This document shows positions 29,712-39,075 of a stretch of 64,000 bases of DNA, in pieces. The first letter of the stretch is position 1; each line of letters begins with the position of its first letter. Origin of the DNA: an uncultured Poribacteria bacterium. GTDB lineage: Bacteria > Poribacteria > WGA-4E > WGA-3G. The notes under the pieces were generated by a model. It saw only the letters and a program-made list of their open reading frames with translations. It was not told the DNA's origin and searched no databases. The position numbers and the translations under genes are program-made. The DNA lies in contig CATQHZ020000001.1 in assembly GCA_958296135.2 (NCBI GenBank), forward strand, positions 4,896,001 through 4,960,000. The letters run 5' to 3'.

Positions 29712-31528
29712 CGGTTTCCTCTGAATAATTTCAATTTTCCTTCCGAGGCGATGAGCGTATAGCAGGCCTCGATTTCCGATGCGATTTTCGATGCGATTGG
29801 GGCATCGCGAGGGAGAAACTCTCGCTCTACGGGGGCGGCAGTTGGTTCGTTTGGGGTGCCCCAAAGTAGCAAATAGTCGACGTTGTCAGCATACGCGCAC
29901 AAATCGATCTTTTCGGGCTGCCAATGGACGATTTGTACCCACTCCTTCTCTTGGATGGGTGTCTCAAAATCGGCGTTGAAGCGGACCGGAAAATAGTCAA
30001 ACTGCACTTCGTAGTTGCCGAGGTTAATGCCCCCGTTGTCAAGGCAGTAGTAGTTCGCGGCGTTGACGAAGATGCCGACTTTGAGGGAACTCCCCCTCGG
30101 CTCAAAATGGAGCGGCAAGATAACTTTGTTTTTCTCTATCTTCCCAACAAAGGCGTTGAATTCGCGCAATTCGGCGTTGAGATTTTTGCAAAGCACCCCG
30201 ATGTAAAGCACGTTTATCACGGCGAGCAATGTTACGATGCCGGTAAAAACCTGCCGCCACCGCGGTTTATCGCTTTCACGAAACCAAGCGAATAGCGTGA
30301 GTGTGGCGAGAATGGCGAGTCTATCGTTTACCCAGCCGCCTGGCCCGATGGAGTTCGGCAAGATTAGATACAACCCGAAAAGCACGCCGGATAGGATGAG
30401 GAAGGCACGGGGTGCATTCATACCGTAGCGCGAGGGCCTGTCCCTCGCGAACCCCCGGTCTCCAACAGACTCGTCCGGCACCCCGTAGCGCGAGGGCCTG
30501 TCCCTCGCGAACCCCCGGTCTTCATGAAAATCTTCGGCATGGCGAGGGGAACCCTCGGCGATTCGCGCTCGCCGGCCCCTCGTCCTACGGGGCCGGGAGG
30601 TTCTTCTATTTTGCCAAAGTGTCCACACGGCAAGAAAAATTAGGAGCGCGGAGACGGCGTAGGAAATCAGTGCCTGCGCTTCGTTGAAGGCGATTAGGAC
30701 TTTCAAACCGAGGAGGTTATCTAGTAGTTCGCCGAGGCGATTCAGTCCGAATTCTGGGGGCTCCCCTGCCACCAGATCAGATGTGGGGAGATAGACGAGC
30801 AACAGCAGTGCGGCGGGGAGAATAGAGAGCCCTGTCCGGAAGATTTGCGGCAGGTTCCGCTTGAAATGGAGCACGGACAGCAGCGCGATGGCGAATAAGA
30901 GGAACGCGTAAGAAATGAGATGCGCGAAATAGGTGATGACGATGAGCAGGTTCAACAGCACGGCGCGCTTCAGACTTATCGCATCCCGATGTCGATACCA
31001 ATACCCGAGCGTCAGGAAGAAGAGCGGCACACTCACGGCGAAATTATAGAATCCCATCAACAGGAGGTAGTTGTAGATAAAGGTGAAACTGAGGATGACG
31101 AGCGACTGTCGGCCCGGCTCTTTTGTAAGGGGGTTCGATTGGCCGAACTTGGCACTAACATTCTGCAGCGTATCTCGTCGGAGGGTTTCTGGCTTATACC
31201 TGTGTGCGGCGTTCAGAAAATAACGCATCGCCAGCGGGAATAGGATGACGTAGAGGCTCAGAAACACCTTCTCTGCGATGAGCGGCGGGAAGACGAACAT
31301 CAGCATCGCCAATGCGAAATGCGAGAGCCAGTTCGGGAAAGGATACCAATTGATTTCGTAATAGGCGCGGAATTCGTAGTCGGGGTTGCGGTATTCGGTT
31401 AAAATCTGCGAGTTATAGACATGGCTCACGCCGTCTTGCGTTGGAAAATAGGGGAACAGCCATATCGGTAGCAGGTAGGCGATAATGAGCGCGCCCAGTA
31501 GCAGTGTGGATTTTGAGAAGAATGCCAT
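29708..31528 (-). CDS. Polytopic membrane protein (possible GT-C glycosyltransferase) with in-frame REP insertions
   Basis: PTQDGVSHVYN N-terminal loop, many TM helices and MGFYNF; RGFARDRPSRYG occurs twice and is REP-encoded. Confidence 0.7.
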   Translation of the reverse strand: MAFFSKSTLLLGALIIAYLLPIWLFPYFPTQDGVSHVYNSQILTEYRNPDYEFRAYYEINWYPFPNWLSHFALAMLMFVFPPLIAEKVFLSLYVILFPLAMRYFLNAAHRYKPETLRRDTLQNVSAKFGQSNPLTKEPGRQSLVILSFTFIYNYLLLMGFYNFAVSVPLFFLTLGYWYRHRDAISLKRAVLLNLLIVITYFAHLISYAFLLFAIALLSVLHFKRNLPQIFRTGLSILPAALLLLVYLPTSDLVAGEPPEFGLNRLGELLDNLLGLKVLIAFNEAQALISYAVSALLIFLAVWTLWQNRRTSRPRRTRGRRARIAEGSPRHAEDFHEDRGFARDRPSRYGVPDESVGDRGFARDRPSRYGMNAPRAFLILSGVLFGLYLILPNSIGPGGWVNDRLAILATLTLFAWFRESDKPRWRQVFTGIVTLLAVINVLYIGVLCKNLNAELREFNAFVGKIEKNKVILPLHFEPRGSSLKVGIFVNAANYYCLDNGGINLGNYEVQFDYFPVRFNADFETPIQEKEWVQIVHWQPEKIDLCAYADNVDYLLLWGTPNEPTAAPVEREFLPRDAPIASKIASEIEACYTLIASEGKLKLFRGNR

Positions 31529-31550
31529 GGTGAGTCCTCTAAAATATGTC

Positions 31551-32156
31551 TCACGCGGTTTGTTCTACCATGCTGGCGAGGATGCCGAGGATTTTGTCGC
31601 ACTGCGAGATTTGGTAGGCGTTCATGTCAATATGGAGTTGCTGTCCTTCCAATTTGAGGAACAGCCAATCTAGTCCTGACGTGATGCCCCCATAAACGCA
31701 AGGAATGTCATTCCCCTCTTCCGCGTTGAAGCGTTGCGCCGCCACCATCTCGGCAACACACTGCCCGAGTCCGGCTTCTAGGTTATCGTTTTTTGCCGCA
31801 ACCAGGACGATGACAGGTGCCTCTAAGGAAAATTGCAGCGGCGACAGACTTATCAAAAAATCGCAAACACCCATTAAGCCGTTATCTTTATCTACGTTGA
31901 AGTTGATGCCCGAAAAAAGACTGACGCGCCGGTTGAAGTGTTCGCGAAGTTCAACGAGCAGATCGGCGACAATCAGTTCGGATTTCGCCTTCTCTGTGCC
32001 GATAGCGACAGCTAACGGTGCTTTTTTCGCCAACGCTTTGGTAAGTTCAGTGCTCGGCTCCACCGGTTCAATGTCGGCAAAGATGCCTTGGAGATCAAGT
32101 TTTTCGAGGTGAAATGCTTCCCGTACCATCTCCAAGGTCCAACTGCTATATGCCAT
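31551..32156 (-). CDS. Hypothetical protein with a restriction-endonuclease-like fold
   Basis: TEKAKSELIV, GVCDFL, V(A)AK and GLGQCVAEMVAAQRFN; GGAGG RBS. Confidence 0.7.
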   Translation of the reverse strand: MAYSSWTLEMVREAFHLEKLDLQGIFADIEPVEPSTELTKALAKKAPLAVAIGTEKAKSELIVADLLVELREHFNRRVSLFSGINFNVDKDNGLMGVCDFLISLSPLQFSLEAPVIVLVAAKNDNLEAGLGQCVAEMVAAQRFNAEEGNDIPCVYGGITSGLDWLFLKLEGQQLHIDMNAYQISQCDKILGILASMVEQTA

Positions 32157-32269
32157 GATGGGAGCCCTCCCTGAGAAGAGTTTCGTTTTCGTTATTGCAT
32201 ATTTTTTGACTCGCTGCTATGATAGTATATCATTTTAATGCGAACATTGCAAGGAAAAAGGAGATTCTC

Positions 32270-33052
32270 ATGAGAATACTGTTATTTTGGATAATCCTCG
32301 GCGCGACGCTTGCGCTTGGGATACACAGCGATGCAATTCGCGATGATGCAGACCTGGTTGTTTACTACTCCTTTGACGAAGATGAGAAGGAGGTAGCGGA
32401 CGACAGCGGCAACGGATTCGATGCCGAAATCTCTGCGGCAGACTGGAGCAAAGAGGGTAAATTTGGCGGTGCCATGGAATTTGATGGCGCGAGCAGTGCT
32501 GTCAAAAGCCCACCCGAAATCCCCGGCCTCACCGATGGAGAATTAACGGCGATGACTGTGGAGCATTGGGTGATGCTCAGCGCGATAACCGGTGATACAC
32601 AGCAGGTTTGGGAGTCGTTGAACGCCGCCGGTGCTTGGCCCGCAGAGACTTTCATCGAAGGTGCCGCCGAGATGGTGTTTTACATCTACGACACGAAAGG
32701 CACTGAACATCGCACGCCTATCCCGGAATTGCCCACCAAAAAGTGGGTGCATATCGCCGGCACCTATGATGGCAAAGTCCAGAAGTCCTATTTCAACGGC
32801 AAAGTCGTAAGTGAGGATGCGTGGAGTGGGAAATTTGTTATCTTCCCTTCGCCGGCGGGTGCTATCGTCCTCGGTAAGGACAACGAAGCGGATATCCAGC
32901 ATCTCAACGGCTTTATCGATGAGTTTGCGTTCTATACGCGCGCCTTGACAGAGGCTGAAATTAACGCCGATATGAACAAAGGCGTGCTATTTGCGGTAGA
33001 CCCGGCGGCGAAATTGAGCACGACGTGGGCAGGCATTAAGGCGGGGTATTGA
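32270..33052 (+). CDS. Secreted LamG/concanavalin-like domain protein
   Basis: LVVYYSFDE, DDSGNG, GKFGGAMEFDG, WVHIAGTYDG and GFIDEFAFYTRALT; C-terminus AVDPAAKLSTTWAGIK. Confidence 0.88.
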   Translation: MRILLFWIILGATLALGIHSDAIRDDADLVVYYSFDEDEKEVADDSGNGFDAEISAADWSKEGKFGGAMEFDGASSAVKSPPEIPGLTDGELTAMTVEHWVMLSAITGDTQQVWESLNAAGAWPAETFIEGAAEMVFYIYDTKGTEHRTPIPELPTKKWVHIAGTYDGKVQKSYFNGKVVSEDAWSGKFVIFPSPAGAIVLGKDNEADIQHLNGFIDEFAFYTRALTEAEINADMNKGVLFAVDPAAKLSTTWAGIKAGY

Positions 33053-33126
33053 AGGGAAAATTTTCGTGCCGGTTGAGGGTTCGCGAGGGCCAGGTCTTCG
33101 CGCGACGGTTAAAAATTTGACAATAA

Positions 33127-34095
33127 ATGCGAATTTTGCTAACATGTCTGCTGAGCCTCGTGCTTGCTATCGGTAACACTTCGGGACAACTGATGCCGCC
33201 TGTCCCCTTCGCGTTTGCATCAGATGTGAACGGTGATTGGGACATCTACCTGACAGACACGGCGGGCGCGCAACCGGTGAATCTCACGAACCACCCGGAT
33301 GCGGATTACTATCCGAGTTGGGCACCCGATGGCACGCAGCTCGCCTTTTTCTCACGGCGCGATGCAAATCACGAAATCTACGTGATGCACGCCGATGGCA
33401 CGAATCAGAGACGTGTGACGCATCACCCGGCAACCGATAAGGCACCCGCCTGGGCACCCGATGGCGAACGCATCGCTTTCACGTCCAATCGGAAAGGGCA
33501 TTTTGACATCTACCTGCTGCATCTTAAAAGTGGCGAACTGGTCAGTCTGACCGGAAACCCGTTTCAAGACGAGGTGCCGACCTGGGCACCCGATGGAAAC
33601 AAACTCGTTTTCCATTCAAAACGGGGACTCAATTGGGATGTCTACGTGATAGATGTCAACAGCCAAGTGGAACAGCGGTTGACGCATCAGCGGTTGATGG
33701 ATGTCTACCCGGCGTGGGCACCCGATGGCGCGAGCATCGTGTATGCTTCAATGCGTGGCGACGACTTCGATCTCTGGACGATGGAAACCGATGGAGGGAA
33801 CAAGAATCCCATCACCGACACGCCAACGGACGAGGCGGTTCCCGCCTGGTCTGCCGATGGGGCCTACATCGCGTTTCAATTTGAGAAGGATGGCAGATGG
33901 GTTATCCAACTCATGAAGGCAGATGGGAGCGAACGCCGTGAACTGATTGACAACAATGCTTGGGCCGCGCAACCGAAATGGAAGCCTATTGGTTCGGATG
34001 CGCTGCGAATAAAAGCGGCGGGTGGATATAGTCGGCAAAAACTTTGGCCACCCCTACAAATTCGGCAGTGGGGCGACATTAAAGCCCCAAAATAA
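33127..34095 (+). CDS. Secreted TolB-like PD40-repeat beta-propeller protein
   Basis: Repeated PxWAPDG units and DIY/EIYVM motifs. Confidence 0.88.
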   Translation: MRILLTCLLSLVLAIGNTSGQLMPPVPFAFASDVNGDWDIYLTDTAGAQPVNLTNHPDADYYPSWAPDGTQLAFFSRRDANHEIYVMHADGTNQRRVTHHPATDKAPAWAPDGERIAFTSNRKGHFDIYLLHLKSGELVSLTGNPFQDEVPTWAPDGNKLVFHSKRGLNWDVYVIDVNSQVEQRLTHQRLMDVYPAWAPDGASIVYASMRGDDFDLWTMETDGGNKNPITDTPTDEAVPAWSADGAYIAFQFEKDGRWVIQLMKADGSERRELIDNNAWAAQPKWKPIGSDALRIKAAGGYSRQKLWPPLQIRQWGDIKAPK

Positions 34096-34114
34096 AAATA
34101 AAGGAGATGTTTTT

Positions 34115-34762
34115 ATGCGTTATAGAACGTTCATATTTGGGATGCTCTTCATAGCCGGTGCCTTGCTGATAAGTGGGCTCAGCTACGGCTTTGATTGGGC
34201 AATTGAAGCAGAAATGGCGGACACCATTGAAGCACCGATGATAGTCGCTGACGATGCGGATGCCTCCGGCGGCCAATATGTGTGGATGGAAGGCCCACCC
34301 GCAACCGGCGGCGGGGGTGAAGGCTGGGTGGAATACAAACTGGACCTGCCTGCTGGCACCTATGCCTTGTGGGGCAAAGTCATCGCCGAAGATGGCAATA
34401 GCGATTCGTTCTGGGTGACATGGCAACCCGCCGATGCGGACGAAGACGCGCAGCTGACACAGAATACCGAGTTCCGATGGGGTGTCGGCCAAAGCGCAGA
34501 GTGGCACTGGGACCGGATTAATCACTGGCTCGATGGCGGGACGTTTGAACGGGAATGGGAACAGCCCGGCGGCGAAACTACGCTCCGCATCGCTGTCCGC
34601 GAAGACGCAACGAAGTTAGATGTGATTTTCATCACGGATAACCTCTCCGAGGACGCAGCGGAAGTAGGCCCCCGCGACCCGGGCCCCGAAGATTCTCTCA
34701 CCCCGGTTGAACCGCAAGATAAACTTGCAACAACGTGGGGAAAACTGAAACAGGCACGGTAA
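34115..34762 (+). CDS. Secreted protein, putative carbohydrate-binding jelly-roll; paralog of the next gene
   Basis: Signal peptide, IEAE, ASGG.Y, GTYALWG, DGNSDSFWV and REDATKLD; tail PVEPQDKLATTWGKLK. Confidence 0.75.
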   Translation: MRYRTFIFGMLFIAGALLISGLSYGFDWAIEAEMADTIEAPMIVADDADASGGQYVWMEGPPATGGGGEGWVEYKLDLPAGTYALWGKVIAEDGNSDSFWVTWQPADADEDAQLTQNTEFRWGVGQSAEWHWDRINHWLDGGTFEREWEQPGGETTLRIAVREDATKLDVIFITDNLSEDAAEVGPRDPGPEDSLTPVEPQDKLATTWGKLKQAR

Positions 34763-34869
34763 CTTCTGGTGGTTCCGGGAGGCGCGGTTTGAAACCGCGC
34801 CTACGGGGAGTGTGCAACTCGGTAGGGCGAGCCGACAACGCGCCTTACCGTAAAAGAAAGGAGGTTTTT

Positions 34870-35544
34870 ATGAAATACTGGGTAATTTTTCTTCTACTCT
34901 TTCTGCCGGTGTTCGCCGGGATTCCAGCGGGATTCGGTGCCGATATCGAAATCGCTTTGGAAGCCGAACTGGCGGATGAGATTGTAGAACCGATGATTAT
35001 TGACGAAGAAAAAACGGCTTCCGATGGGAAATTCATCTGGATGGAAGGACTGCCTGCCACCGGGGGCGGCGGTGTCGGTTGGGCAGAATTTATCATCAAT
35101 ATCCCCGCACCCGGCAAGTATGCACTCTGGGGACATGTTACCGCATGGGATGGCAACAGCGATTCCTTTTGGGTAACATGGCAACCCGCCGACCCGGACG
35201 AAGACGCGCAACAGACGCAGAATACTGAGTTCCGCTGGGGTGTCGCACAAGGCGGCGCATGGCACTGGGACCGCATCAATCACTGGCTTGATGGCGGCAC
35301 ATTCGACCGGGAGTGGAAGTTCGCGAAAGCCGGCGAAACCGTCCTCCGCATCGCCGTGCGCGAAGACGCGACGATGCTAGACGCGCTGTTTGTCACATCA
35401 AATGTCAAAGCAACGGCAGAGGATGCCGCAAACGTCCGTCTACCTACCGACAAGGACCGGAAAATCCAGATTGAGGGACTTGCCGTGGACGCAAAAGGCA
35501 AAGCCGCTACGACATGGGGCTCCCTCAAAAAGGCGTATCGGTAA
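34870..35544 (+). CDS. Secreted protein, putative carbohydrate-binding jelly-roll; tandem paralog
   Basis: Core highly similar to the previous gene (DSFWVTWQPAD, HWDRINHWLDGGTF); tail AVDAKGKAATTWGSLKK. Confidence 0.75.
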   Translation: MKYWVIFLLLFLPVFAGIPAGFGADIEIALEAELADEIVEPMIIDEEKTASDGKFIWMEGLPATGGGGVGWAEFIINIPAPGKYALWGHVTAWDGNSDSFWVTWQPADPDEDAQQTQNTEFRWGVAQGGAWHWDRINHWLDGGTFDREWKFAKAGETVLRIAVREDATMLDALFVTSNVKATAEDAANVRLPTDKDRKIQIEGLAVDAKGKAATTWGSLKKAYR

Positions 35545-35966
35545 TACCCACCGAACTCGTTTCTTACACCGTAGGGCGAGGGCCTGTCCCTCGCCATGCT
35601 TAGGGCGTTCCTCATATCGTTTTTTATACCGTAGGGCGAGGGCCTGTCCCTCGCCATGCCCGCCTCCCATATCCAGCCATTCCGAAACAGATAGGACCGG
35701 TTGCGATAATATTCAATTCGCCACCGGTCAAATCCCCGTTCAAATTCAACGACGCGCGCCGGTGGGCCGAGGCGGTGTTGCAAATCTTCAGCCGCCTGCT
35801 TATCGCGCGTAACAAGCGAGTGTGTCAAATAGGCGAGCCCACCGAGGATCCCGACGAGCGTGAGTTTCCCTCTATTTTTCGCCGAAAGGAATCCTTCTGC
35901 TTGTGGGATGCCGCCTAAAAAAAGGAAGGCGATGAGGAAGAGGCAAACTGTTTTTTTAGGTTTCAT
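35280..35966 (-). CDS. Small secreted or membrane protein whose frame runs through REPs into the antisense of the neighbouring gene
   Basis: The first ~100 aa look protein-like (signal peptide, TM). They are followed by MARDRPSPYG twice, which is REP-encoded, and a 265-bp antisense overlap. The true 3' end is uncertain. Confidence 0.5.
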   Translation of the reverse strand: MKPKKTVCLFLIAFLFLGGIPQAEGFLSAKNRGKLTLVGILGGLAYLTHSLVTRDKQAAEDLQHRLGPPARVVEFERGFDRWRIEYYRNRSYLFRNGWIWEAGMARDRPSPYGIKNDMRNALSMARDRPSPYGVRNEFGGYYRYAFLREPHVVAALPFASTASPSIWIFRSLSVGRRTFAASSAVALTFDVTNSASSIVASSRTAMRRTVSPAFANFHSRSNVPPSSQ

Positions 35967-36324
35967 CCGGTTTCTGACGCTCCTGCATGGCGAGGCACAA
36001 GGCCGCGCCCTACGGTAAAGGGAAGGTTTTCGTAATCGAGAGACCGCGAGGCACAAGGCCGCGCCCTACGGTAAAGGGGAGGTTTTCGTGATCGAGAGTC
36101 TGGCGCGAGCTGTTCCCATTCGGCGATGATGGTTTTTCCATCGTCGGGCGGTTGGCTGCACCGCTAGTGCGAGTGTGGTGGAAAAACCATAGGGGACTCT
36201 GGCCCAAAAAGCGAGTCCTCGCCGCCGTGCTCTTGGACAAATTCACGCTTCTTCTCCAGATACACATCGTTCCCTGGATGCGGATAGAGTTGTGCTTGAA
36301 GTTCCGCGTGCCTTGGGACGCGGT

Positions 36325-36415
36325 TTCTGTGAAAAAATCGCGTTAAAAGTTGCGATTTCTATCAACTTCGTATTAAGAATACCACATTATTGTTCGTTTG
36401 TCTGTCAAATTAAAA
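36325..36415 (-). promoter_or_regulatory. Near-identical copy of the promoter region at 41505-41590
   Basis: Shares TCTGTGAAAAAATCGCGTTAAAAGTTGCGATTTCTATCAACTTCGTATTAA...CACATTATTGTTCGTTTGTC. Confidence 0.7.
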
Positions 36416-36507
36416 TGCGGAAAAATTGAAGAAAGTTGCTGCGTACGCTTCTGCTTGAAAAGCGAGGAGCCACAAGAGGACAGCGATGGGGAGAATCAAT
36501 GTGTGTT

Positions 36508-36981
36508 TCATTGTTGTCCTCCCCTGTAGACGCGTGGCGGCCGTCGTGGCGGCCTTTTTGCGTCATGGGCTCTGCTCCTTTCCCACCAATCCTCCTGCTT
36601 TTGCATGTGTGTCTTTAGTTTTTCAGCGAAGGCTAGCCGTTCTTCGGGCATCATGTTGGCGATGCGTTGGTGCTCCTCTGCGACGCGTTTGTTTATCATT
36701 TCAATACCGCCTTCACCGCTTATATGAGGAAAAGGATCCTCTCGGTCCAATAACTCCCCTTCGGCTCTCAGTATGATTTCTTTTTCTGCCCATGCGCGGT
36801 ATTCGGGGGAATAACCCTTCGTGCTTCGGATGACCCGCAACCGTTCGACGTATTCCGGGGTTGCGAGGATGTCCTCTAGCGATGCATCAAATTCCTGCTT
36901 CTGCCATTCGGCCCAGAAGTAGATGCCGGTGCAGAAAGCGATGAGGATGGCTATCGCGATAACCGGGTTTTTCGGGTTCAT
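36508..36981 (-). CDS. Membrane-anchored protein sharing only the N-terminal anchor with the paralog family
   Basis: IAILIAFCTGIYFWAEWQKQEFDASL followed by an unrelated helical region; GGAG RBS behind the conserved leader. Confidence 0.75.
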   Translation of the reverse strand: MNPKNPVIAIAILIAFCTGIYFWAEWQKQEFDASLEDILATPEYVERLRVIRSTKGYSPEYRAWAEKEIILRAEGELLDREDPFPHISGEGGIEMINKRVAEEHQRIANMMPEERLAFAEKLKTHMQKQEDWWERSRAHDAKRPPRRPPRVYRGGQQ

Positions 36982-36994
36982 TATCAAATTCTCC

Positions 36995-37130
36995 ATTGCG
37001 CGCTTTTGATGGCGCGCGGTTGGTAAACGTTATCTATATCTCTCTGTCGGCGCGAGTGGTTCGCGCGGGGTTGTGTCAAAATGGATTTGACAGGTTAAAG
37101 TTGATTTTAACACGCATTGATTTTTTCTGA
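36995..37130 (-). promoter_or_regulatory. Conserved structured leader with a promoter-like element
   Basis: TAAAAT box, TGTCAAA/TTTGACA hairpin, CGCG hairpin, AGATAACGTTTACCAACC, GCGCGC hairpin and RBS. Confidence 0.7.
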
Positions 37131-37194
37131 AGAAAAGTACGCGTTAAAATGTGTGATGGGCGGATAGAAATATCCACCCTGACAGATTGCGCGT

Positions 37195-38013
37195 CTACTT
37201 TTTGAGTTGGCGGATGGCCTCCTTCACTCGTCTGCTCCTGGGATCCTCCGCCAGTATCCGCTCGAGTTTTGGCAGGATGATGTGTGCCACGATGCCGTCT
37301 AAGTCTGACCGGTGCTGTGTGCCAACCTGCCTTAGGATTCTAGCAGCGTTCGCCACGCCTCTGGTATAATGTTCGTCCCCTTCTTTCAAATCCAGATAGG
37401 GGATGAGGTAGGGAACAGATGGGGGTCCCATGGCGACGAGTGCTTCGGTGAGAGGGCTGCCTCCAATAGGGCTCTCAACCTGATAAGCGACGAGGATTTC
37501 AATGGAGCGGGGATCGCGGAGGGGACAGAGTGCCTCCATCAACATGACGATTTCTTCGGTATTGTCGTCAGGGCCCCCTTCGTAGCCAAGGTTCACCGGT
37601 GGTGGTGTCAATTGCGCGATGAGTGCTGGGGTTCGGGGGTCTGCGGTGCCGCCCCAGGCGAAGGGATTTTCCATAATATAGTCAAGTTTGGCCCAGGCTT
37701 TGGCAACCGGGTCCTCGGCATCAAGTTCGGCGAGGTTTTCGGGTTTGCTTGCCTCGTGCGGGCTGCCGGTGCTGGGTGGTTTCCAGTCGTCGCTGGGTAT
37801 GAGTTCGGTCTCGCCGGTGTCGTTATTGTGTGCATCGTCGGCGGGTTTCCAGTCACCGTCGGGTTTCCCGTGGCCGCCGGGTTGTTCGTCGGCGGCGGGT
37901 GGCACGGGGAGTGCTGCGTCGAATTGTGCTTTCTGCCATTCAGCATAGAAGTAGATGGCGAGGCAGAGCGCGAGCAGGATGCAGATTGCGCTGATGATAG
38001 TTTTGCCGTTCAT
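37195..38013 (-). CDS. Membrane-anchored HEAT-like paralog P3 (locus C)
   Basis: Family motifs present; variable blocks are divergent. Confidence 0.85.
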   Translation of the reverse strand: MNGKTIISAICILLALCLAIYFYAEWQKAQFDAALPVPPAADEQPGGHGKPDGDWKPADDAHNNDTGETELIPSDDWKPPSTGSPHEASKPENLAELDAEDPVAKAWAKLDYIMENPFAWGGTADPRTPALIAQLTPPPVNLGYEGGPDDNTEEIVMLMEALCPLRDPRSIEILVAYQVESPIGGSPLTEALVAMGPPSVPYLIPYLDLKEGDEHYTRGVANAARILRQVGTQHRSDLDGIVAHIILPKLERILAEDPRSRRVKEAIRQLKK

Positions 38014-38127
38014 TTGGGTTCTCCTATTGGAAACGTTTTTGTGTCAAAACGTTTGTTTTGACGGGTTGGTGTTTATGCGAGGGAGAGGGTTTTCTCTCTC
38101 CCTCGCGCGAGGGGAACAGGGACATCC

Positions 38128-38961
38128 CTATCTTTTCAGACGCGCAACGGCTCCCTTTATGCCCATGGCTATAGGGTACATAATCTTATCGTTTGCTTGC
38201 AGCGCCTCCAATTTCGGCAGGAGGATGTACTCTACAATGCTATCTAATTCCGCACGGTGCTGCGCCCCGATATGGCCTAAGACCTTAGAAGCTACACTCA
38301 TGCCCCTGCTGCCCAAGTTATCGGGAAATTGCGGCGATGGATCTTCTTCACCTTCACCCATATCGTCCAGATAGGGGATGAGATAGGGGACAACGGGCGG
38401 CCCCATGGCGATGAGGGCTCTCTCAACATTGCCACTCATTATGTTCCCACCACACTGATATGCGATGAGGGTTTCGATGGACCGCGGGTCGCGGAGATCG
38501 GCGAGTTCGTCTAGCAAGGCACCGATTTCTTCTGCATGGGCCTCGCTCTCAAGATAGTCAACTATCGGTGTCAATTGTTGGACGAGCCCTGCGGTTCGGG
38601 GGTCTGCGGTGCCGCCCCAGGCGAAGGGGTTTTCCATAATATAGTCAAGTTTGGCCCAGGCCTTGGCGATGGGGTCGGCTGCATCGAGTTCGTCGAGGTT
38701 GCCGGGTTTGACGAGTGCTGGCAGTTCAATATGTTGTTGCCAGTCGACGCTGGGTATCAGGTCGCCGGTGTCGTCATGTGCATCGTCGGCGGGTTTCCAG
38801 TCACCGTCGGGTTTCCCGTGGCCGCCGGGTTGTTCGTCGGCGGCGGGTGGCACGGGGAGTGCTGCGTCGAATTGTGCTTTCTGCCATTCAGCATAGAAGT
38901 AGATGGCGAGGCAGAGCGCGAGTAGGATGCAGATTGCGCTGATGAGGGTTTTGGCGTTCAT
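38128..38961 (-). CDS. Membrane-anchored HEAT-like paralog P4 (locus C)
   Basis: Middle block matches P6; C-terminal block matches P1/P5. Confidence 0.85.
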   Translation of the reverse strand: MNAKTLISAICILLALCLAIYFYAEWQKAQFDAALPVPPAADEQPGGHGKPDGDWKPADDAHDDTGDLIPSVDWQQHIELPALVKPGNLDELDAADPIAKAWAKLDYIMENPFAWGGTADPRTAGLVQQLTPIVDYLESEAHAEEIGALLDELADLRDPRSIETLIAYQCGGNIMSGNVERALIAMGPPVVPYLIPYLDDMGEGEEDPSPQFPDNLGSRGMSVASKVLGHIGAQHRAELDSIVEYILLPKLEALQANDKIMYPIAMGIKGAVARLKR

Positions 38962-39075
38962 GAGGGTTCTCCTATTGGAAACGTTTTTGTGTCAAAACGT
39001 TTGTTTTGACAGGTTTGTGTTTATGCGAGGGACAGGGTTTTCTCTCTCCCTCGCGCGAGGGGAACAGGGACATCC

